DNA of 57,077 nt, filler included, from Sphacelaria rigidula (lineage: Eukaryota): NCBI GenBank assembly GCA_964200075.2. It is 7 parts of 7 records of this genome, joined end to end, with 100 filler letters (N's around TTAATTAATTAA, not from the genome) between each part and the next. Parts side by side here need not be neighbours in the genome. Positions count along the whole stretch, not along the records: positions 8,170 to 16,238 come from CAXNAA020012416.1; positions 16,339 to 24,406 come from CAXNAA020012417.1; 5 more parts are not named here. One strand, written 5' to 3'. The notes beneath the pieces were generated by a model that ran no database searches, had not been told where the DNA came from, and saw nothing but the letters and a program-made list of their open reading frames with translations. This document shows, in pieces, positions 11,217 to 22,570 of this stretch (its first letter is position 1; every line of letters begins with the position of its first letter). A program made the translations under genes and the position numbers.

Positions 11217-11324
11217 TAATCCCCTCAATCTATTCTCGCGCAGCGATACCCGGCGCGATAACCGCTGGCTGCTGACCTCTCAAATCTATTCTTCGCGCGG
11301 CGATACCTGATGCGAGAAAAAACG

Positions 11325-12489
11325 TCATGCCCTCGCGTCTTCACCCGTTCGATCATACTTCCGATACAACTGCCGCTTCGCGTTGCTCCTTACTGCAAGC
11401 GCGATCGGTCCCCCACCGGGCCCCGTGGCCGCGCTGAAAGTAATCACGTCCGGGGGCATACGCCTGGCTCGCATTTCATCCAGCATCTTTTGGGCCATGT
11501 CCCATCGTCCCCCGTTCCGACAAGCCGTGATCGCCGCACTGTACGCTATTGGATCCATCTCGATATCGCTCGCTCGCAGTTGATCCAGCACCTCAAGGGC
11601 TTCCTCCCACCTTTCGTTTTTGCTACACGCGTCCATAGCCGCCGTGTAAGACACCAGATCGGGTTTCGTCGCTGACCCGGGCGCTCGCGCCTTCTCCAAA
11701 AGTTCCAACGCCTGCTCGTACTCTCCGCAGTCGCCCAGACACGAGATCATCGCGTTGAAAGCACCATTCGTCGTGGTAGCGGGCGATTCCCCTTCCGGAA
11801 TCCCGCGGAAGATCTCCAAGGCCTTGTCCCACCGCCTCCCGACCCCGCATGCTTTGATTGCTGCCGCGTATACGCTCTGGTCACACGCGCCCCCCCCCGT
11901 CCCGTTCATCTTGGACAAGAGCTCTATCGCTTTCTCCCATTGGCGACTCTTTCCTAACGCGGTCATCACGGCACACTGAGAGTAGTACGTCTGAGGCACC
12001 TTGCGTGACGGCATTTCCTCTTCGAACAACCAAACCGCCCTCTCCCACTCACCAGCCCGACCACAGGCCGCAATAGCCGCCGCGTATATCCCTTCGTCGG
12101 CCTTGCCGAGGACCGCCGGCATCTCGGCCACCATATCAAGCACCTGCTCCAAGTTTTCGCTGTCTGCGCAGGACCGAATTACTCCCAAGTACAGCTTCGC
12201 GTCGGGCTTTATATCGTTGCGCTTCATCTGATTCATTACCTGGGCAAGTACTTTCCACTGGCCCGCCCGAGCACAGGTGCTCACTACCGTGCTATAGGCG
12301 TGGAGGTTGGGCCGTAATCCTTCGTCCGACATTTCCTCCAAGAGGGCGACGGACCTTTCCCACTTACAGCTCGTCACACAGGAGTGGAGCACCGTACTAT
12401 ACGTAATTGCATTGACGGACACGCCCTCCGATTTCATGTCCTCGAACAGTTTCATCGCTCTCTCGTATTGGCCGGCCCTTCCGCACGCA
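11325..12489 (-). CDS. Pentatricopeptide repeat (P-class PPR) protein, terminal exon
   Basis: About 10 tandem 35-aa motifs (e.g. DLVSYTAAMDACSKNERWEEALEVLDQLRASDIEM). Acceptor ccctctccag ending at 12490, TGA at 11325-27. Upstream exons not identified. Confidence 0.95.
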
Positions 12490-12765
12490 CTGGAGAGGGA
12501 AAATGACATGGGGGGGGCAAAGCGGTGTCAACGATTTTCATCTGGCATGGTCGCCCAAGCTCAGGCTCACGAACCCACGGCCGCCATTGAGGCTGTGACC
12601 CAAACGACGATATTTCCTTTTTGTGCATCTCGCCGACACGTCACGATATCCAAGAGAACTGTACCCTGGTCTGTCCATAGCAAGCCACCTGCAGCCGTAG
12701 CTACGACTTGTCGAGGGATGTTGCGGGTAGATGCACACGACTTGCCGCCCTCTCTTCATGATTCT

Positions 12766-12772
12766 ACCATCG

Positions 12773-12805
<33 letters not shown>

Positions 12806-12848
12806 CCGTCGTCGTCGTCGTCGTCGTCATCGCTATTATCATTATTCA
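12766..12848. repeat. (CAT)n/(CGT)n compound microsatellite
   Basis: Direct reading. Confidence 0.95.
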
Positions 12849-12856
12849 TGACGCTT

Positions 12857-12959
12857 CTAACCCTTTCCCTTCCTCGGGACGAGTTCGTGGTCTCAAGGGT
12901 TCAACCCATCTCTCCCCCGGAACACGCCTTCCAATGTGGTATCGCGGTGGATCATGACC
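12857..12959 (-). mobile_element. 3' fragment of the tRNA-derived SINE
   Basis: Matches the CCCTTGAGACC...GTCCCGAGGAAGGG 3' block of the full copies. Confidence 0.75.
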
Positions 12960-13100
12960 TGCATCATGACCTGCACGGCGTCGACTCTCGTCACATGAAC
13001 ATCTTACTCGGTATTCGCGTCCTCACACTTTCAAGTAAGACAGGAATCGAGTAATTTCGCGGGGAAAAAAACACATATGATACAAAGAAAATCGAACTCT

Positions 13101-13380
13101 GCATCACGGTGGTGTAATGATTTGACTGTCGCCATTAGGGTGCAGAGAAGGTGGGTTCGATTCCCGATGCGTTGGGGTCTTTTTCAAAAGTATCTGACCT
13201 CCACCGACGAAAGCGTGAGTACGTGAGTAAACAGCGTAGTTGACTAAGTTTGTCTGACGAGAGTTGACGCGGTGCGGGGGTGCTGCCCCAACCCGCGGGA
13301 CCAAAAAGCAAGGCGTGCATTGAAGAGATACATTGATCCCTTGAGACCGCGGGCGCGTCCCGAGGAGGGGGGGGGTTCAA
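13101..13380 (+). mobile_element. tRNA-derived SINE, about 270-300 bp
   Basis: A-box-like GGTGGTGTAATG and B-box GGTTCGATTCCC at tRNA-like spacing, then a body and 3' block shared with 28008-28270, 41135-41432 and 46352-46654. Confidence 0.8.
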
Positions 13381-13477
13381 AGTGCGACAAATGAAAAAAC
13401 TTCCAACAAAATGTTGTCAGCTGTACCGTTACATCAACGGGGTGTGGCGGCTCGTTGTCACTGGCAAAAAACACGAG

Positions 13478-13553
13478 CACACACACACACACACACGAAC
13501 ACACACACACACACACAAGAACACACACACACACATACACACACACACACACA
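13478..13553. repeat. (CA)n microsatellite, interrupted
   Basis: Direct reading. (TA)n tracts also at 14762-14792 and 15651-15679. Confidence 0.95.
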
Positions 13554-14758
13554 GTCCCAACTGATTCGTGGGAATTCTGTTTCTCGCATCGACAAGATTT
13601 GGCCAGGTTGCAAGATGAAAGGGATTCGTCGAGAACTCGGGTCCACTTGAGGGTAATCGAAGTACTCCATCCTCTGACGGAGGGGTCTGCTCAGCAGGAG
13701 AATCATGGATTGGGAGTAGGGGGGGGGGTACTTTCACTGCACTACAGAAACGGTAGAGGATGGATGGATTACTCACTGGAGTATGTTTGGAACAGCGGTA
13801 ATACTTTTAACGCGGGTTCTACCCCAGTCCGGCGCAAATGAGCGATGGTTGACACATCCTTTTTTTCTGTCGAACCACAACGCTAACTTCAAAGCCAAAC
13901 TCCAATCTCAACTCAAGGCAGATCGAAGATCCTCGGGCATTTGAAGATGTATAGCGTACACTGCGCAAGACGTGCTTAACTTTAGCTCGAATCGGCGTCG
14001 ACCTAAACGTGTGCTGACTATGCTACGCGCGCGCCGGGCGAGTGCTTCGGGCAGTGAGCCCTGCAAGGATTCAAAATAAAATATGATGGTCTACACTGAA
14101 ACAAGTATATGTATAAATTCAACCATCATGTATTTGCGCCGAACCGGGCTAGACTTTATTTTGAAGCTCTGTGCCCAAGTCTTGTGGCATTGAAAAAAAA
14201 AATTGACCAACACCAGGGCGTGCCGGGGGAGGGAGGGAGGCGGGGCTGTCAAACAAGATGAAAAATAATTTAAAAGAAACAGAAAGGAAACTATTTTTAC
14301 ATGGCGAGCGGCGTTCTACCGCTCTCTTTCACCTCTTCATGATCCCTGACCCGGTTCGAATATGGGCGTTGGAGATTTGTGCCCGGCTCATAGATGGTCA
14401 TGGGAAAAATTTCGTTCTTGTCGTGCGGTTCAGAGATGGTCATGTGACACTCGTGCCCGCTTCAGAGATCGGCATGTGACATTGTTGTGGACAGAGTCAA
14501 TCACGTGCACTTGGAGTGAGCAACGTGTTTTTTGGTACTGACCTGGTCGACCATTTCCAATTTTAAATAATATCCGAAATATCGGTTCAACACCCACGCT
14601 CGAAACACTCCCTCGTGTGCCCCAACAACAACCCTTGTAGTGGATCAATAAATATTCTCGAGGCAAAATGTTTTTGAAAGATGTCTGCTTGTACCATGAG
14701 TAACACCGACCTATTATAGTTAAACAATTTATTCGTCGCCTTGAGTTTCAGAAGAAAA

Positions 14759-14796
<38 letters not shown>

Positions 14797-15912
14797 GAGA
14801 ATCTTTGAAATTTCTAAAACCACACGTCCTTCACCCGTTCTGGTCAAGAACCGGGTGGGTTGATTTTTCGGATTAGGGCTCACGGTGAGTGTGGTAAAAT
14901 CGCTACCTTGTTTAAAGGGAGCAAGCGCTCATCCAACCACCCTTGTTGTGCTTTTTGTTACGCAGCAGTGGCTAATGGAAAAATGAGTTTGAAACTCGCA
15001 GAGTGAGCGGTGATTTTGAGGGAACCTAAATCCACCCGCATTACCCTCCCACCCTAGGCACAAAAATATCATCATCCCCTCAATGTTGCCGCTGGAATGC
15101 GTCGAGTTCCTTGTCTCACACTCCCTTTTTTCTTCAGCGAGCGCTTCTGTTTCGTTCGCATTAGGAAGTACTGTCTCGAAGAGAATGGCGACAGCTGGGT
15201 ACCCCCCTCGGGGATTAATTCAAGCGCGATGATCAATCAAATCAAATCAAATCAAATCAATGTCCGACAAAGAGGGGCCATTTAGAAATAAGATCGGGGT
15301 GTTGCGTAAAATAGAGGCAACTCAGGTACGAGTGGAATTCTCTTGGATTTGCAACACCTACATCCGAGCCTGCTAAAGTTGCTTGGAGTGTAATGACTTT
15401 ACGATGAAGCCGTGCCCCAAGTTGGACCGATTGGAAATACATTTCCAAGAGATTCAATGCACGATACGCTATGAAATCAAAGGCACGCAAAGCACGTGCA
15501 CGGTAAATAATATTATTCAACCCGTGCGCAAGCTGTTCCCCCGTGATTGGCATATTAACGCTGCTGGCAGGATCAGATGCTGAGAATAACGCACCGTCAG
15601 AGCTCACGTCGTCGAGATGCTATCACCAAGCGTATGGGCACAACGGACGAATATATATATAGATATATATATATATATACAAGGGGTTGGGCGGCTTACG
15701 CCGCCACGGTTAATGAGATCGACAGCCAAGGTACATGAGAACCGGTCATCGTTGCTCGCATTGCGTAACGGCACAGGTCATAGTTATAAGTGAAGTATTT
15801 TCAGCTGTGTGCGTACGAGCTGGGCCAGCCTAGAAACGGATTTAGGCTCTCAAAGCAATTTCTCATCGACACAGATGAGTTGGATCATGATCCGCATAGT
15901 GTATTAATTGTC

Positions 15913-16165
15913 CAATCAAGGGAAAGGTGCCCATTTGCTCCAAAGTCCGGGCCAATATTTTCTCGCTGATGAAACCCCATGTATAGTACTTTCTTTACCT
16001 AACGGAGATAGCGTCCATAGTAAAAATATATGAAACCCCAATCGATGCAATCAGCGGATGGCAACGATTTTCAGTCTGGACATTCCCTGGAGTACTGGGA
16101 GACGAAAGATATCCTCACGTTCACCTCATTCGTCATCTATCTCGAGATATGGCGCACATGAGGCT
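15913..16165 (+). repeat. Homolog of the element end at 1491-1820, with a single copy of the 40-bp unit
   Basis: Colinear alignment with 1491-1820. Confidence 0.75.
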
Positions 16166-16238
16166 TGTGGCGAAATCACGCCGTCACGGTTGAGTATATA
16201 GTGGATCCTGGATGATGACCAGGGGACAAGGGCATCCT
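16166..16238 (+). mobile_element. Start of an LTR related to the element at 51727-53250, cut by the contig end
   Basis: TGTGGCGAAAT...GGATCCTGGATGATGACCAGGGGACAAGGGCATCCT matches the reverse complement of 51895-51973. Confidence 0.7.
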
Positions 16239-16338
16239 NNNNNNNNNNNNNNNNNNNNNNNNNNNNNNNNNNNNNNNNNNNNTTAATTAATTAANNNNNN
16301 NNNNNNNNNNNNNNNNNNNNNNNNNNNNNNNNNNNNNN
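16239..16338. other. Artificial contig linker
   Basis: N44-TTAATTAATTAA-N44. Confidence 0.99.
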
Positions 16339-18963
16339 AGTCTCTGCGAATCGGTGGCTTTTCGCAGAGAGATTTGTCAAAATCCCGCTGTCCACAAATT
16401 GTGGCCAATTTCCAGAGTTTTCTTTGATGAAAAATGGCCCTATAAGGTCGCGTTCTGAAAATAGTCTCTGGAGACTGAGCAAAACGACTTTTCTCAGAGA
16501 CTTAGAAGCGGCCTAACAAACGTTTCTTCGATGATAATAGGCTTTATCGACACTGTTTTGTCGGAGATATCCGAATTTGTCGGGACTGGCAAGGTACGTG
16601 GTTATTTTCGAATGCTTGCGAGCGCCACGGCGTATTCGCAGGGAAGCTCTCCGAATTGCTACGTTGCAGTCAGAATGTTTCGGACTTGTCCAAAAATGCA
16701 GCTTCGGAGAAAAATCAAGCTGCTTTATTCTCGGAGAAGTGTGGACGCAGAGTCCGAAAACTCTGAATTTCTGACATGTCTATAAAAAACAGAAACAGCG
16801 TCGAGAGTAATGGGTCTAAGACACGACTGGTGTATATCGTGGCGAGACAACCATGTGCGACATCAATGGTCGCCTAAAATTGCAAGGAACGCGAACAGGT
16901 CCTCCATGTGGGACCCGATTGGTGTGCTGCAGAAGGTTACGATTGTACCCGGTGTGCATGTAGCGACTCCGTTTCGCCACATGACGGGCACTGATGACAA
17001 TTCCAGTTGCCGCAGCTATCCCGACCAAACGTATCTCACCTGCGGTGACCAGCACTTGACCGCCTACGCAGCACCAGTTGGAACAGCAGGTGCGTTGCGC
17101 CGAGACGATTGCAAATATAACCCCCGGACCCATGTGCGCCGGGAAGGTGATATCCGTACATGCAGCAGGTGGCGAGTGTCATTAACTTTGCGGCTTGTCT
17201 GTGAGCGCACAGTTTGACATTCCTGCTCGGACTACCGTCGACCTACCTTGGCCTATCCTCCATTTGCATTGGGCACTGCATTTATCCTTCGTGTTGCTCC
17301 CCCGTTGACGAGTATGTGGTATCATCGATCATCACCAAAAATGAAGTATACTGTCCTGAACCCGAAAAATATCCTAGATCGATAACTAGAAAGATCCAAC
17401 GGTGCATTGCTCGGCATCCCTGGGGCCTCATGGTTGCGACAAAAATCAAGGGGGTGCTATACATCGTTCTCTAGGGTGCTCTGCGGGGGAGTCTGTTATG
17501 GCTTTTGCGCGAGGGTAATATTGCGCTTGCTGCATTCCTAGATTTCCCGAAGAAGCCACCGCTGACAAAGAACACCGGCGAGACTACAGCAGTTCCATAC
17601 AAGCCATACTTTGCCCCTAAGCCGTTATAGGTCAGCTATAAGGGGTCATCTGCCATAGTGCTCGTCGCGTGTGTCATGGTTGCAAAGGCGGGAAAGACGG
17701 GAGGATAGGAAGCGGAGGAACTCACCTATAAGAATTCTCCACTTCAACGGTACATTCTGTAGTGGATTAAATGGCGCCATACCCTGATGTGTTTCGAGCA
17801 GGTGCTCTTCTGCTGCTCTCCTACTGACCAGCTGGTTGTATCCCAGAACTACAAGTAGTTTGAGTACCACATCGCATGGTCTCTTAAGTTCAGACCCGCA
17901 ATCGAATACTACAGATAAATGACAACATCCACGCATACATTATAGACAGCCGGTGCGCCCTCGTACAGGACTTTGTCCCGTAGGCTATTTTTTCCAAAGC
18001 AAATATTATTTGGGCCCAAATCTCCACTGTCGTAGCTACTCTAGGATTGTAATATACTATAAGGTAAAGGGGAAAATGATTGAAAAAAATCCAGCCTGTT
18101 TGCTCTCCCTCTCCCCTCTATACACGCCCTTTTTCGAGATGGATAATGACAAGGTAACTATTTACGTTGTCAACTTGGGTAGTGTTGTCCGCTGTTCTCG
18201 AGATATCCATGCGCTACGGGATGATGCGTTTGATCTCGACCTTGTTCCTGCAGCAGCTTTGCACGACGTAAGTGTACATAATATCGTTCGTACAACGATG
18301 CACTTGTAATGAATCAACGCAACTATATCGCGCCGCACTGTACTGTACTGTTTTTGCAGTACTGTTGTACTGTAGAGCACACCAGCACAAACCATGAAAC
18401 GTTGCGCAGATAAGTAGCTCGAGCCACGGACACAACTACAGCCGAGCAGCTGGAGTTGCCGTTTAATTTCTGTAACGGGGTCGTCGATCAGATAACACAA
18501 AAGCCTCCTAGCCAGCCAGTCAACGCTAACACCGAGGAGCGGTCGAAGATTGACCGAGCTTTGCCGCTCCATAGTTTTTAGTGACATGTCTGCAGTTGTA
18601 CTGCAATGGAGAGAGAGTACATTGAAAAACTGTGTTGTATCTTTACCCGTCGCTTTGACTTTCCGGGCCGAAACCCGTCAATCCTCAGGTTATCAGCCGA
18701 TGGCTTCGTCGTTGGCCCTAGCCTGCTGCAAAACAACTGGCACAGGTGGTCGGGCAGGCCTGCGGGGAACCATTACAACGCGAGACAGGTAGGCATAACA
18801 GGGAGGAGAATCACAAGTACGGAGGATCAATTTGTTTCGCTTGTGCAGGATCGCCCTCTCTCGTGTCTGCCGCACTGCTGTCGGTGATACCAACATCGGC
18901 CACATTTTGTGACACTCAATTAGATGCAGAACCCATGTGCTACAGGATATTACCGTTCATTGG

Positions 18964-19150
18964 GCCCTGTCTTAGCACACTAGTTTTCGATCTAAAAAGT
19001 GCGGTGGAAAACAAAAATCCTGATCAAATAGGTCATGATTTCATCCATCTTCAAAATTAACGACGATGGTTGATATTACGACCTATCAGACCGGGATTTT
19101 TGCTTCCCACCGCACAATTTCGATCGAAAACCAAGGTGCCAAGGCAGGGC
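18964..19150. mobile_element. Hairpin MITE, about 187 bp
   Basis: GCCCTGTCTTAGCAC...GTGCCAAGGCAGGGC, about 85-bp imperfect arms around a short loop, no clear TSD. Confidence 0.8.
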
Positions 19151-19439
19151 TTTATGGGCGCGCCTGATCCACCAAAATGGGCAAAAAAAAGTGTCACCGA
19201 TCAATATCACGAACAGACACGAACAGACCGACTTGTGGGGCTTATCCAGGCTCGTGGGGTGAAGTGTGCCTTACGTCATCGGAAGAGAACGGCATGGATC
19301 CGAAATTCACATGGAGGAAAAAGTGGACTGCGTTCTAAAATCAGAACCCTACCGCTATTTCTGTTGTTGCTCCTCATATATTACATGCCACTGGGTCGCT
19401 TTTCGTCCGCGCTTGCGATACCCTGGCATGCAAGGAACC

Positions 19440-20550
19440 AACCCAACGCACACCGAGAACACTCGGGCGAGGGCAGTACATACATTTCCTGCAGAAAGTG
19501 AGGCCTTGGTAGACCCCAAATCGGCGCCTGTGGCGCCGATTCCGATTCCAACGAAAACGCGGTGTGTGCACCCGAGGAGCACACGGGACCGTCAGCCCTA
19601 AAAAAATACCGATTATCGTTGTACACACTCAAGTCAAGTAAAATCAACCATGGACATTTGTAGCCCAACGCCGGTAACTGGAACCAGGAAGCTGAACCAT
19701 TTGGGGGGGGGGATGCGGATCGAAATTGGCCCAAAATGATGTGCCCAACATGCGACAAAGCCGTATGTCCTGATGAACTTCGACGAGGACGGCCTTTACA
19801 CAGACGAGTGGAATACAAATAGTCACCGGGTGTGTAATGTGGGCTGGGCGGATGTTGGTCCACCACCGCGTCATGTTTTGAGGAGCTTGATTTATCGGCT
19901 GTCATCATTCCACAGCTTTTGTCGAATAAACGACTCGTCTTGTGCAATTATATCTGTTGTTCCGTGAGCATGGCTCTTCATTTAATGAATATGATATTAG
20001 TTAAACCTTTGACCGCGACGGTTGGTCACATACTGAATCGGCATCATTTTTCACTTCAAAAACGTTTTCATGGTCCAGATGGACTGCCCTCGCGGTCCAG
20101 ACTCCAAAGGTATTGTGTTTCAAGAGGGAATGAAAACAAAGGGTCGTCCGTTACCCACCAGTGCCGATACAAAAGATGCATGCCTTAGGACGCGTGAGTC
20201 CACTGAAAGACATGAATGGGGTTTCGGTGCCATGTGGCTTCAGCGAAAGTAGGCGGACGACTTTATGCTGTCTTTTGGGTCGTCTTGACGCAGTATACTT
20301 CACCATTCGGGGGGGGAGGGGGGGGGGTAAGTTGGTTCATCTTAATCTTCGTGTGGAAACCGAAATCCGGATCTTTCATGGGGGCTGTGCTCCTAGCATG
20401 CTCCTAGCGTGCCCAAAACGCGTTTTCGTCTTAATCGGCGCCTGGGGCGCCGATTTGAGGTATGGCAACGCACCCCTCGCCCAGGGACCACGTTGCACCC
20501 CCTTTGCCCTAGGGTTCTCGGTATGCCTTCGTTGTGGTTAGGGTTAGGAG
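19440..20550. mobile_element. Element of about 1.1 kb with long diverged inverted arms
   Basis: 19440-19600 (ACCGAGAAC...CAAATCGGCGCC..GGCGCCGATT..ACGAAAACGCG) matches the reverse complement of 20380-20545. Interior 19960-20070 is related to 50250-50380. Confidence 0.6.
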
Positions 20551-21440
20551 CAGTGTTATAATTTGTTCTCCCCGCCGCTGCGAGGTCGCGAAGATGATTC
20601 TTGCTTCTGGGGGTTCGGTCGAAGGTTCAAATTCTACACTTGTCAAACATTCCACATATCTGATGTATCAACCATCTGCACTATCAAGAGTCATTCATGG
20701 GTGTCATCTATTCTGAGGCCGTTTGACAGGGGCGAGGTTTTCGTGTTTTGTGAAAACCGGCGAGGGTTGGAGGCGCGTGTTTGCGATTATAGCCCAATCT
20801 GTTTCAGAAAATACTAATCGCCACGGCCATCGATTGGGATGCGACTTTTTGCACAATCTGCGCCAAGACGACAATTACAGTTGGACGCAATGTTTTTTTT
20901 TTTTTTTTAGGATGTGAGTTTTATAACGAATCAAGTGAAAAAAAAACATGTTTTTTTTTTTGCGATTTTCTTCATCACCGAAACTTGTTTTGGGAAACCA
21001 TCCGGTCCGATTGTAGGTTGGACAAATACATGTCGGTGAGTAGCCGAGCCACGCCGTGGTTCGTACTCCGGGAAGAGAAGACTGTGAAACCGTGAGATGA
21101 AAACCCTACTCAAAACAAAAGTACTTTGAGGGATTTTACGGCGTGCATAGTCAGAGGATGAACGAGATATCCGGTCTGTTCGTGCTTTTGGTTGGTGACA
21201 CTTTTTTTGCTCTTTTTGGGGGGTCAGACGCGCCCATAACACAGTATTGTTCCACGTACACTGTTCGGAAGAGACTGAGATGAACGTGCATCCTTGGGTC
21301 TAAACGCCTTTTCGCGGGTTACGCCGATCTAAACAAGAACTCCCGCACACACTTACTCCGTAATCGCGACCAAGACTCCTGTACACCACCTGTAGTGCTC
21401 ATCGCACGTGGCTCGCTCTCGTCAGGTAGCTGAAAAACAC

Positions 21441-22414
21441 CAGAGCTTGTCACGGAACTTCGGGGCGGGACCTCGAGATCGGACCATTTTCTTGTCGCCA
21501 AAAAACGACGTGGCGGAATGGGAGTTTTTGGAGACTGGCGGGACTGGACCGGACGGGACGGGGATTCCCGTCCCTGTCCTGTCCAAACCCATTCTCACGG
21601 AATATTTGTGCATTTCTCTTGAACAAGCGCAATGAGACCACGATCGGGTGCAGCAAAGTGTGGATACGTTCATGAAGAAACAATCGCCGGTTTTGAAACA
21701 CATCCAACGAGAGCAGTTGGGTCGAGACATAAAATGTAACAGCGACGGGAAAACGGTCCCGTCCGGTCCCGTAGTATTTTGGGGGACGTGAAGTCCCGTC
21801 CCGAAGTCCCCTCACAAGTCTCGGCTATGATAGTTGTGACCATTCATCCTTTTGTATGACATGAGCAGTGCTACGATAGGGGTTGCATTTTTTGTTTCTG
21901 GGTCTCCTTTTTGTAGGAGCCCAAATATATGGGGTTTACTGTGCAACCCAAATCTCCGGGGACAGGACATGGAGATGCACACAGGGGCCTTTTCGTGAAT
22001 CGGCATCATTTTCAGTCTTTTTCAAGTCAAAAAGATGCCTATCCTCGAAACGATCCGTGCAACATTCCGAGAAACATTTTCGCTCAAAACGTGCAACCCT
22101 ACCGTAGTATCACTCATATGTAAGAATGTGCCGTGAAAGGTTCCACAGCGTTGAGATTAAAATAAAACATATTCCCACATGACACACTCATAGATAAACT
22201 CGATTTCCGTGAAAAGCATCAGTAATTTTCCGGTGAGGACGAAACAGGGTAGGAATATTTTCCCGTTCGGTCGGGACGGAACGGGAACGTGAAAACATGA
22301 CAGGATGTTTCCCCGTCATCTTTTTGTGACGACGGGACGGGACGGAACAGGACGGGAATGCCAGTCCTACCGTATGCGGTTTCCCGTGAGATTTTGTTCC
22401 CGTGACAGGCTCTG
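21441..22414. mobile_element. hAT-like non-autonomous element(s) rich in GGGAC/GTCCC repeats
   Basis: CAGAGCTTGTCACGGAAC at 21441 and GTTCCCGTGACAGGCTCTG ending at 22414, with many GGGACGGGAC motifs. No TSD, so it may be two copies. Confidence 0.6.
21863..22115. mobile_element. Second copy of the Sola-like MITE, opposite orientation
   Basis: Reverse-complement homolog of 10964-11216. Flanks ACAT/ATAT (3 of 4 match). Confidence 0.85.
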
Positions 22415-22570
22415 CATAATCCCACTGGAAGAGACTTACGTGCGCCTTCAAATCACTGATCTCACACCACTCGTTTAACACCCCCCTACTGCACGCAGGT
22501 GTTTGATTGCTGCTCACGCCCACGTGATTTGCTGCCCGTATGCATGTGCGCGCCCTTAATATTTACTCAG

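Noticed and set aside
12307..13841. ORFs with poly-D/S/I/V and CV/HT repeats
   Set aside because: Translations of microsatellites and SINE sequence
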